This document shows positions 44,409-61,086 of a DNA stretch of 64,000 nucleotides, piece by piece. The notes under the pieces are model-generated. The model did not search any database, was not told the DNA's origin, and saw only the letters and a program-made list of their open reading frames with translations. How positions within the stretch are numbered: position 1 is the stretch's first letter; every line of letters begins with the position of its first letter. Source of the DNA: the human T2T-CHM13v2.0 reference genome, Homo sapiens; assembly GCF_009914755.1 (NCBI RefSeq), contig NC_060934.1. One strand, written 5' to 3'. The translations under genes were made by a program, and so were the position numbers.

Positions 44409-44837
44409 CTTCACTCACATGGCATTGCAGTGCTGTGAGATACACCACAGATACAGTCAGCTTTGTCCTGGGACTGGATGTTAGAGATGGTTAAGGAGTG
44501 GTCAGCCTCAGACCTGGAGCCTGAGAAGTGATCAGGGATCCCGTCCCCCTTGCCATGGTTTCCATCACTCTTAAGCCACATCACACACCAAGGGTCTTCC
44601 CTGACCATGCTACCATGCAGTGGTGTAGGTGCTACGCTTACTGCTCAGTGTGCAGGTGAGTTTGTCTGAGGCTCCCAGGCTGGAAGAGGGACCCTGAAAA
44701 CAAACTCATTACATCCTGGAGGAAGGAGAAGAGGGGACAATTCTGTCATGAGCGAGCCAGGGATCAGGATGCTGAGGGCCATCTTGGCCTGTTCCATGAA
44801 GGAGGAGGATAAAGAGGAGGAGTACGGTGTATGCCAC
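44409..44837 (-). pseudogene. Orphan immunoglobulin lambda variable (IGLV4-like) pseudogene: leader exon 44837-44789, intron, V exon 44693-44409
   Basis: Leader (V)AYTVLLLFILLLHGT resembles MAWTPLLFLTLLLHCTG. V exon reads LGASDKLTCTLSSKRSTYTTAW*, then after a frameshift LKSDGNHGKGDGIPDHFSGSRSEADHSLTISNIQSQDKADCICGVSH; the long CDR2 KSDG-x-H-x-KGDG is typical of IGLV4. Lesions: GTG start, GC donor, FR1 deletion, stop, frameshift. Confidence 0.92.
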
Positions 44838-44882
44838 AGTCCAGATACCCCAGTGCTCTACTGAGGCAGCCATGCTGCAGGT

Positions 44883-44932
44883 CTCTTATCCATCCTCCAG
44901 TCCCTAGAGAAACAGGGGCCCTTCATGCAAAC
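44883..44932 (-). promoter_or_regulatory. IGLV-type promoter remnant
   Basis: Octamer variant GTTTGCAT (44932-44925; consensus ATTTGCAT) about 90 nt upstream of the leader, and TATA-like GATAAGAG (44890-44883). Confidence 0.7.
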
Positions 44933-45900
44933 CCTTGGCCAACCAAACCCTCGTGGGGTCTTTCCTGCCCTGTGACTAGGTGTCATTTCTGGGAGGCGTG
45001 GGCCTGTGCTTACCCTGGCTTGAGGCTCTGCAGGGGCCCAGGGAGGACTCAGCTGCTAGCCCAGTGAGTCCTGAGTGGAGGCCAGGATCAGTGTCTGTTT
45101 CCCCATTTCCCCAGCTGAGAGCCCCACAGGTCCCCTCAGGGCAGGCCCACAGGTTATCCTCTCTGTGACTAGAGGAGGAGTGGTTTTCACAGAGGCTCCT
45201 GCTTCCACCTAAGCCAGGACCCCTGCCCACTCACTGCCCAATGACAGAGTGAGGTTCTTCCTCAGGGCAGCCGCCTGATGTCTCAGTCTTTAGTTTTCTA
45301 TGTAGGCCTCCTCATTGGGAACAGGGTGCACAATTCTCACTTCATAAGGAGTTCTTAAGGGAAGGGTTATCTCATATACAAATTGCAGCTGAAATAAGCA
45401 TACATTATCTACAAGCAGGGGCCATTCAGCCCTGAACCCACTTGCCAGGGTACTCATGAAGCCAGGTTTCTCTCTCCCCACTTGATTGCTCAGGAGATCA
45501 GCATATAGTGAGCAGTCTGGTGAGTGCTGGGGAGGACAAATTCACCTGATTGATAGATCCACTGAATTCTCTGTCAAGTGAGGAGAACCCCGGGAGTAGA
45601 AGGAGAAAGTACTGGAGAATCAGAAGACTTGGGGGTTTTTCTGAAGTGAGGGGTTAGAGAGATTCACTAAAGGAAGGGGATGCAAGTGACAACTTACAAG
45701 ATCTGAAAAACTTCCCATGGCTGTTTGGACATAGAGAACTTGCTGACTAAGTGAGGAGGTCACAGGGGAGAAGGAGATGGTAGGAAAGAAAGACTGGAGA
45801 ATCAAGACAGGAAATTGTGAATCAGAGATGAGGAATGGGAGAGGGTGAGTATGTTCCACACTTTATCAAAGACTGGAGGAGGCGCCAGTGGGGACATTGA

Positions 45901-47455
<1,555 letters not shown>

Positions 47456-47457
47456 AT

Positions 47458-47474
47458 GTATATATACACCAAAC

Positions 47475-47526
<52 letters not shown>

Positions 47527-47570
47527 ATACATATATATACACCATATATATATATATAATATATATATAT
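47458..47570. repeat. Compound (TA)n/(TG)n microsatellite
   Basis: Seen directly at the Alu tail position. Confidence 0.95.
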
Positions 47571-49151
47571 TTTTTCATGTATCCTCATGACCAGGGAAAT
47601 TATTTAAATTAACCTAAAATGACACTAATGGTATATAAAATATAGAAAGATAAACAGAAAAATAATCACAATTGTGGAAATATTAGGGGTATACATGAAA
47701 TAAATGCATGCAAATTCAAAATATAGGTATATTGATTTGTCTTGGTGTATCAGCGTCCTAGGCCTGAAATCACATGGACCACAAACTGGGTGGGTTAAAA
47801 CAACAGAAATGTCTCAGTTCTCGGAGCTAGTAGTGCAAAATTCATAGGCAAGACCAGGTTCCCTCTGATGCTTCTAGGGGAAACCTGTCCTTCCTGGCTC
47901 CCGGTGGTTTCTCATTTTTTTCCTGCTCCTCCTCTTTGCCATCCTTCCTCCATTCAGCAGGATGGCCCTGCATCAACTCAGTCCATGCATGTGAACCCAC
48001 CACCTCCATGCACCACATTAAGCACAGCTCCCTGAGTGATCCATAATCATCAACCTCCAGGCACTGACAGTCACTCTGTGTCCTCCCAGCTTTTGGAGAA
48101 ACTTGTGGACAAGTCATCTCCAAGTAAAGAAGATCTTGTCAATGTAAGACCATGCTTCTTTCTTATACAGAAATTTTGCTTTCCTGGTTTATTTCTTTTC
48201 CAATCAAATTTAGAGATAAAAATCTGACAATGTACATTATGGGAGATATAAAATATCCTTAGTTGAGGTGGTATTAGGTGGGCATCTCTTACTAACTGAC
48301 AGTTTCCATTATAAACTGTAATGAAGAGGCTCTAGTTTTCCCCTTTGAATTAAGGACACTGCCACAGCTAATCTAAATCAACTTGAAAGATAAATTTGGC
48401 AGGAAAATATCTTATCTTTTCCACAGTTATCCTCCGTGCTAGTTTTGGGGAACTTTGATTTTTGACTTAACCACTGTACCCCTTCTGGGTTTCTAAAGTC
48501 ATCAAGAGAAAAAACAGACCTGTGTGAAGTGCACAGCATAATATAATCCTCACAGTGCTTTTAAAATATGATTGCAGATGTCATCAGCCTCAGGGGAGAG
48601 TGGTATGTACCTTGAAATAACTCACTGAGGCACAAACTTGCTGACTTCTTGTCCTCCATCTTGGAGAAGATAAGGAGGATATGAAGGATGGAGAGAAAGA
48701 GGAAGAGGAAATGTGATGGTGGAGTGGGTAACATAAAAAAGGGAAGCCAAATAAGTATATGTGTTCTCAGTGGCTTCTCACTTTCTTTTGGTCCATCAAG
48801 GAGACCAACACATCTGAGGAGAGTGGTGATAGGCTGCTGTTAGCTGGGACCACACTTGCACTTTGAAAACAACCCCCAAAATCCCTGCAGGCAAATGAAG
48901 GATTTCCTGAGAACATCCTCCCAGGGAGCAGATACCCATTCTGCAGAAGCTCTAAGCCTGCTGGGCTAAGCCCTCCACAGGCCACTTTAATGAGGAGGAG
49001 AGGCTGTAGGTAGTGGTAGGACAACCATGTTGCATGAATTTTCTGTGTGCCCCGTCTTTTGACTCCATCTCAAAAAAAAAAAAAAAGTATGTGTGTTGCT
49101 TTGAAACACAAGTGCAGATGTTTATCAGCAGCCTTTGCCTTTGTGGGAGTT

Positions 49152-49958
<807 letters not shown>

Positions 49959-51894
49959 CAGTTTGTCAAGCTCCTGTAGGGCCAGCATAACCATGGCAAC
50001 CCTGAATAGTCTGTGAATGTTTGCAGGCCCCTTGCTGGTCTAATTTCAGGTACATCACGAAATGAAGCCGGCATCTAATGGAGAAGTAATGTCATGTACA
50101 CTAACATACGATACCAATGTTGATGAAGATAAAACTTGCCCTCCTACCAAATGGGAAATTAATCACTGGATACACACAATTATGAAAAAACTGGACATCA
50201 AGATTGTCCATCTCTACCTCTGTGCCAAACTCCAGACTTTCATTAATAAGAATGTATCAATATTGGTTCAGTCATTGTAACATTTACCACAGTCATGTAA
50301 GATGTGATTACCAAAAGGATGCTGAGGTGGGGGAAGGGTATATGAGAACTTTCTGTACTACTTCTTCAGTTTTTATGTTAATTCAAAACAGTTTCACATA
50401 ATGTCCATTAATTTAAAAAATATGGTAGCATTGTTCAGGAAGTGTTTCATTTTAGTTAATGTTTAACAAGCAGCTAAATATCTAAATACTACATTGAGAT
50501 ATTCTATACTATTAAAACTGAAACAATTTTGAAGTTGTAAATATATCTTCTGTAGTTGTAGCACTAGTGATTGACTTAATAAACTTAAATTTGCACACAT
50601 GAAATAAAGAATATAGCATAGCAATTTTAGAGTTGTCTGAAATATGGGATGCTGAATAATCTAGAATTGTTATCCTTGAATGAACTTAACAATTTAATTT
50701 CCACAGTACTTTCAGTTGACTGCTTTCCAGTGTGCACCTAGTTATGAGGCCAGTGGCAGATTATTCTCTTCCTCAGCTTGGTGTGGACGGTAGATTCTCT
50801 TGATCCCTCAATATCTACTGTCATATCCTGGAGGCAAGATGCTGGGAAACGTACTATGAAAAAGACAGCTTTTGACATCTTCCTGCCAGAGGCCGCAGAT
50901 AAATGAGTAATCATTTATTTACAGCTTAAATGTTTGACCCATTGTTCACCATCTGCATAGTGAAACCCCCTGAATCTCAGTTGGATTTTAACAAGAACCT
51001 GCAGTGCGGGCTGCACTCATAACCAACAGACAGACTGTGTAGGCAAATGCCTGTATTGAGATGAAACAATATAGAACTATTGGAGTGACCAAGAGCACTG
51101 GGCCTGGTGCATAAAGGTATGGGTTCAAGTCCTAGTTAGAAGATGCACAAACCTGAGAAAGTTATGGAGGTCTCTCTGTGCCTCAGCTCCCTGTTCTGAG
51201 GTATTGAAATGTTAATATGGCCTATGTTATGTTATAAGGCTAAAAATGGTGAAATGGAGGTAAAGCTTTTAGAAGACTGGTGATTCATAAGTGCCCTAAA
51301 GTGTTCAATCATTATATGTCTAGAAGAATATGCCAGAACCTTGGTAGTGGTTGAATACAGAGAAGAAACATGGGTGGCTCCAGGGGAGTGGAGGATGGAA
51401 TTTTCTTCTTTCTTTCCATGGGTATGATGCTTTACAGCTCATGGAGAATATCTGCTATTTCTTGTGATGCTTACACCAGCCTGGAGGAATGGGCAGAGCA
51501 GGGGCTACAACCCATATTTGACAGTTCAGGGAAGTGAAATGGAGAGATTTGAAATGGTCTGCCCAGAATCACAGCACCGATGAGTGATGGACCTGGCACA
51601 AGAAGGTAATTGGTTTTCTGTGGACTGAGGTCTCTGAAGACCTGAGACCTTGAAATAATACCCTGAACCCTTAACAAAGAGCTATTTTCACTTGCTTTCT
51701 CAACTGCTCCTACCCCAAAGTTTCTTCAGGAAGGCTGATTCCCTGGAAGAGGTGGCTAAGTCAAAAGAAGAGCTGAAACAATAATAAAAAAAGAATCCTT
51801 CAACCTCTAGGTTTTAATCCCTGATCTCACCTTGCAGTATAAGCCAGCTTATAATCAGTTGACCATCCTAAGGGACCATGGTCTGCTTGGCCCC

Positions 51895-54971
<3,077 letters not shown>

Positions 54972-55393
54972 GCCCCCAATCTGGCTCAGAACTCAGGACA
55001 TTTTAAACCAATTGCCAGTTGATGGCTGTGCCAAGAATCAACTTCCATTCAACTGGCCAACCTTTCATGAGTGGCTAATTGAAATTAACTGAAAATATGC
55101 CTGTCTGGGCTGATGCTTTAGTGGTTTAATGAATTAAATCTGTGACCCCAACTGTCTCACTGAGTTAATCTGAGCAACTATCTGAGCAACCTGGAGTAAG
55201 GCATACTTGAGAATGGGGAGTACCTAAATAAAGCCTATTTAAATAACTTGGAAGTCAAACCTGATGAAATGAATACTTGAATTTAATTAGACACAGGCAT
55301 AATGTATTCAAGGTCGTGAGTGAACATTGTACTATAGAGGAATGTAAACATGAAAACTAGCACCATGAGCAGGTAGATATATGGCTCCTAGTA

Positions 55394-55471
55394 TTAGGTT
55401 GGTGCAGTAATTGTGGTTTTTTGCCATTGAAAGTAATGGCAAAAACCACAATTACTTGTGCACCAACCTAA
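55394..55471. mobile_element. MADE1 (Hsmar1-derived MITE)
   Basis: ~78-bp near-perfect palindrome ttaggttggtgca...tgcaccaacctaa flanked by TA. Confidence 0.92.
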
Positions 55472-55858
55472 TAATAGAATGGGAAGTTTCCTGATTACTT
55501 GCAACAATTCAGACATATCAAAAAGTTAAGAATATAAAATCATGTTACATCTGCAAAAATTTTTTTTAACCTTTGAGATCAATATTTTAGTATTATAACA
55601 GCAGAAATAGAATATGAGGGAAAAGTTAAAAGAGCTGATGGAAAAGTTGAAGGACAAAATTACCGTTCTAGTGAAGTAAAAAGATACACCTTTTGAAGGG
55701 GAAAAGAAACAGAGGGCAATGATGTGTGATCTGTAAATAATGTGTAAAACAATAGTAAAGGTTGAACTTCTGAGATATAAATCTCAGAAGTTTTAAAAAG
55801 AGACAGATTTGAGAATTAAAAATTATTACCACGTGTAATCTCATTGAGAACAAATCTT

Positions 55859-56844
55859 TTTTTTCTTTTTTTTTTTTTTTTTCTGGCTCCAAAGATCCTT
55901 TACTGAGATCCACTTGAAACACTTTGGTCCTTATCTTGTTAACTGAGTTGACAGGCTGATGGTTGATCTAGGTAAAGGTTTCACGGTAGCCTATAATATA
56001 TCAAAACAGGTTCCTGAATAATGTATGTGAATGTCGTCAGGGTCTCTGTCCCATCTTCTTCAGGGTTCGATTAAGCTCCTCGAATCTGTGGATCTGACGG
56101 ATGAAGAAATTCCCATAGCGCCTGGCGACCTTGGTGTCCATGATGTGGATCATGTCCTTATCAATGTAGAAGTCAACCTCTGAGGCTGACTGAAATTCAT
56201 CATCCAGGGTTGTGATGCTGCTGGTCCACACCAGGTTCTTCAATTTGTGTTTGAAGACAGGAAGCTGGATCCTGAACTCCTGCTCTGTGAGGTCCAGGAA
56301 GCCAGCCAGCTTGGCCACAGGCATGGTGGTGTAGAGCTTGAGGAAGCTGCGGATGGTTGAAAGCTGGGCCTGCTGCTGTACTTCATCAGAAAACACCTTC
56401 GGCTGCTGCAGGAAGGGCTCTTTGTGGTAGTTGGGGTGCACATTATCGTAGTTGGGCACTACAGGCGACAGGAACTTGGGGCAGAAGTAACTGAAAAGTT
56501 CTTCATAGACTTCTGGGTCACCTTTCTGCATGCACAGCATCTTGTTGCTGTATTTATCCCACCGCTGGAGGTGAATGCTCTCATCAATACTCATGGGGTA
56601 CATCGTGAGGGCAATGGCCAGCAGTGCATGCATCTGCTCATTCTGCTTGTTAATCATCTCATACTTGTATGTGGTCCTCTGGAACATGCTCTTGGTCCTC
56701 TGGATGTAGAGGAGGATGTTGGCAAAGACCCGGATGGCATCCTGGTAGTGACACATCATCAAATATGCAAACCCAACATAATAGTATGTGGTGACCTGGC
56801 ACTCTGGCACACGGGAATATATACTCTTTTTGTTAAGTTCGATG
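55859..56844 (-). pseudogene. EIF3L: 5'-truncated processed pseudogene of EIF3L (C-terminal ~268 codons, 3' UTR, poly-A)
   Basis: Intronless IELNKKS...RVPECQVTTYYYVGFAY...KKMGQRP*; AGTAAA signal (55904-55899); poly-A; 13-bp TSD GAGAACAAATCTT at 55846-55858 and 56845-56857. Confidence 0.95.
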
Positions 56845-58319
56845 GAGAACAAATCTTAAGCTTAATTTTTAAAAAAAATTTAGTTGGGTATTAATGCATT
56901 TTAATATTATGGCTAATTTTAATAAGACCTTATAAACAAATCTAATCCCAATCTTGACTGCAAAAGAATTTCATAAACATTTTTATAACCTTTTATAATA
57001 TTTTATTTTATAACCTTTTATATCCATTTAATGTTATTTATCTTTTACATTTTTCTTTAAAACAATCCCTCAAAACTTCTAAACTAGGCAAAATTATGTT
57101 TCCCACCATGAAATTTCAGTTTTTTTTCCTCAAAATCTCCAGACTTAGGCCACTTTAATATTTGGTTTCAGATTTTGACATTTATACTCAGAAGATTTTG
57201 GTCTATAATTTCCCTTTCATAGAATGTCTCATACTGTATTTTGTATCAAGATTCTCCTCATCTGATGAAGGCAGTGTGGTTGTGTTTTTTCTGTATCTAT
57301 TCTATGAAAGATTGTGTACAAAAGTGGTGTGGGGAAACAGTACATTTTTCTAAAAATAGGAAAATATTTAAGACAAAAAGCTTGGTGGAAGAATCAAAAG
57401 TACAAATCAGTAATAATACTATAAAACATGTTCATAAATCCATAGACGAATTGGAGTGGGGGAAACAAAAAAATAAGGAAGACATTTTGAGTACAAGTGA
57501 ACTGGCTTATCTGAAGAAACCACAATCAGAAGATGAAAGTGAACATGCCTCAGCAACAGTACACAAAATTCCCCATATTTGAGCGTTCTTTGTATGACGT
57601 TCCAAAATTGACAAATGCTGTCAAACTTGAACCTCAAAGCTCATAGAGTGATAGTTAGAATGGAAGGCAAGATATGCCTCATCACATGATCACAGTGATA
57701 GGTCGCTGTAGAATTTTCAAATGAATACATGCCACATTATGGGGTCCAACTGCTGCTATTTTGACATGAGTAAAAGGGTCACTTAGAGTATATGTTGCAT
57801 TTCAAAAACTGAATCCCAGACCCACAGTATTATTCTCTGTGTATGAGATAAATGTTAAATGAGGCAAAAGACCTGTCTCTCAAATATATTTGATAGTGAA
57901 CATTTCAGAGTAAAGAGGGAAAAAGCTAACATGATGAGAATAAAAGGAGTTCCATGCTTGAGTTGAAATGCCCTCCCCACCCATTTCTACTGTTCCTGAA
58001 TCACTGGACATTTCTAGATTAAATAATTTAAAATTTGTTCCAGATTTAGTTTTAAAAGCATTATTATAAATTTAATTTTAAAAAGTAATTATATAAAACC
58101 TTCTTTTATCACTTATGTATAGTACCTACTTTTTCTCTCTATGCAACTACGTTTATGTACTTATTTCTGAATCTCTTTGAATTTATGGAGAGATCCTCCA
58201 TTAATGTATACATAAAAGGCTGGCTATTCACTGAAACATTAAGAAAAATGAAGCAGTATATGTTCACCAGTCAGTTGTATGAAAACATATAATTAATAAT
58301 TTTTTGAATGGAGACTTCT

Positions 58320-58915
58320 TTTTTTTGTGAGAAATAAATTCTTTATTAATTAACCAGTCTGTGATAGTCTGTTATAGCAACATGAAACAAGCTAAGATTC
58401 ATGGGAAACATTATTTATAATGCAGCCTATTTACTGATGTCTCCAGATAACTGTAATAATAAGCAGAATGACACATGCACGTGTATGTTTATTGTGGCAC
58501 TACTCACAATAGCAAAGACTTGGAACCAACCCAAATGTCCAACAATGATAGACTGGATTAAGAAAATGTGGCACATAGACACCATGGAATACTATGCAGC
58601 CATAAAAAATGATGAGTACATGTCCTTTGTAGGGACATGGATGAAGCTGGAAACCATCACTCTCAGCAAACTATCGCAAGGACAAAAAACCAAACGCCGC
58701 ATGTTCTCACTCATAGGTGGGAGTTGAACAATGAGAACACCTGGACACAGGAAGGGGAACATCACGCGCCAGGGCCTGTTGTGGGGTGGGGGGAGGGGGG
58801 AGGAATAGCATTAGGAGATATACCTAATGTAAATGAGGAGTTAATGGGTGCAGCACACCAACATGGCACATGTATACATATGTAACAAATCTGCACGTTG
58901 TGCACATGTACCCTA
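58320..58915. mobile_element. 5'-inverted L1PA insertion with apparent 3' transduction
   Basis: 13-bp TSD AATGGAGACTTCT (58307-58319, 58916-58928) enclosing a T-run, ~143 bp of non-L1 sequence and an L1PA 3' piece in + orientation. Confidence 0.8.
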
Positions 58916-60608
58916 AATGGAGACTTCTGATAACCCTAAATTCCAGGATTATATATGTGTTGTGGCACATCAGTCAGCCTGATCACACACATTCTTATGA
59001 TCTGGTCATGAGAATTAGGAAAGGGAAGGGAATTGACAAGCCCTTTAAACACGCAACAATGGAAAATTCTAAAATAAACATGAGAGAGTTGTCATGTCTA
59101 AAACAAAGTAGATACCCTTTTAGATATGAAATGGTTCAGTACAAATTTCCATCACTGCTGATTCATTACAAGTTTCTAGAACTATTTTATCAAATGGGTC
59201 ACTGATGAGATAAAAACTGCATTAATATAGATGTTGCCATTTTTTCAGGGATTATTTAATTGAAGGGGTAGTTGACAGTGTTTGGGAAGGAACGTGTAAT
59301 ATTTCCTCACTCTGAGTATAGAATTTTAATGGTTAATAGCTAGATAGAAAAATGTGTGTGTGTGTGTGTGTGTGTCCCCATCACAAACATACATATACAT
59401 GTCCAGTGACTCAGGAATTTCACCACTGCCTGTTTCATATGAAATTTAAGATTTAGTGCTGAAACGGAAGAAAAACTAGAAAACAGTGTTACATCTCTGA
59501 ATGCTCAATTAGGGGAGAAAATAAAAAGTATTTGGGAATATATCAAGAAAATAGAACCATCTGATTGAAGGAACAGCATTCAAAGAGCAGATCAACTTTC
59601 ATTTGGTTCAGCAAAATACTTTCCTTCCTGCTGCCACCTGAGTGTCCACAGTGAATGAAGAGTAAATGAATAAATATAAGCAAAGCCCTTAAAAGCTTCC
59701 TCACAGTGTCAGTGCTATATGATTGTTTAATTAATAAATCTGGAAAGATGTGCAGAAACTTAATTGTTACTTCCAGAGGCAGAACCTGATAGGTTGTGGA
59801 AGAGGGAAAGAAGGAAACCTAGATTTCAGTGTGTTATTTTGTACCTTATGAATGTCCTACAAGTGTGTTATTCTTGGTGCTTTTACTGTGATTTTTTTTT
59901 TAAGAAAGAACCATCACCACCAAAATAATGCATAAAACAACCACTTTATTTTGTTCATGGTTCACAGGGCTAGGAAGACAGAAAAGCTGGCTTATTGCTG
60001 CTTATTGGTTTTGGGGACTGCAGAGAAGACTCATTGGCTGGAGTTGAATCCACAGCAAAGGGTTGGCATCATCTGGAAGTGACTTCACTCACATGTCTGC
60101 AGAGGACATGGGGCTTGGCTGCAGGACCTATAGGAGACCTCCCAGGTACTCTGGGATTCCAGGTAGCAGAGCAGTCTCAGGACATTCAGAGCTTTGACTT
60201 GGTGATCAATAGCACCATAGGTGAGTGACCTGAGTGAACAAGGCAGATGCCCATGGCCTTTTTAAACATAACTTTGGAAGTTACAGAGCATCACTTTCAT
60301 GTCATGTGTCAGTGACAAGTTAGCACTAGTGTCTAGTCTGTTAAGGGTGGGCATAGCCCCCCAAATCTCAAGGGGAGAATAGCAAAAAAATTGCAAACAT
60401 GTTTAAAAAGCCACATGCACATTCTAGTTTAAAACTACTCAGGTTTTATCTCTCCTGGGCTTTCCACCACAGCTCTGGGGTGACCTTAGGGCTTATGTTT
60501 CCTCCTCAACTTGGAGGCAGCAGAGAAAGGGACCTTGGTAGTGGTTGTGGCCAAGGGTCTTTTGCTTATGTCCTGGGAGATCCACCTGATGCAGGTCAGC
60601 AATTGCCT

Positions 60609-60853
60609 AGTCTCACTTATAAGTGGTAGCTAAATGATGAGAACTCATGGACACAAAGGGGAACAGCAGACACTGGGCCTACATGAGGGTGGGGTGGGAG
60701 GAGGGAGAGGATCAGAAAAAATAACTATTGGGTACTAGGCCTAGTACCTGGGTGATGAAATAATCTGTACAACAAACCCCTGTGATATGAGTTTACCTAC
60801 ATGACAAACCTGCACATATCCCCCAAACCTAAAATAAAAGGTAGAAAAAAAAA
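60609..60853 (+). mobile_element. L1PB/L1MA 3' end fragment
   Basis: tctcacttataagtgg...aaataatctgtacaacaaacccc...aaaataaaag plus A-tail. Confidence 0.75.
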
Positions 60854-60925
60854 AGTTCTCGGTAGCAGAGATGCCTCTCAAATACGTGATAAAAGATACG
60901 TTACTTTATCACATAGGCCAGGGGT

Positions 60926-61007
60926 AAGGTAATTGTGGGTTTTACTTCTGTCTCAGTCCCAGTGAGAAGGTAATTGTGGGTTTTACTTCTGCCTCAGTCC
61001 CAGTGAG
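60926..61007. repeat. 41-bp tandem duplication (2 copies, 1 mismatch)
   Basis: aaggtaattgtgggttttacttctg(t/c)ctcagtcccagtgag x2. Confidence 0.95.
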
Positions 61008-61086
61008 TTGATTGACAAGTAAATGCAAACATAACATTGTATTGTGGGGCAATAAAAACTAATGTCTGCCTTAAATGTTGCTCTAT

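Noticed and set aside
45361-45395. Possible second Ig promoter (catatacaaat)
   Set aside because: Mismatched octamer with no leader, V exon or RSS found nearby.
48369-48380. TAATCTAAATCA as a DUX4 site
   Set aside because: One base too long relative to TAAYYBAATCA; expected by chance in AT-rich DNA.
56424-56894. 156-aa plus-strand ORF
   Set aside because: Antisense shadow of the EIF3L retrocopy.
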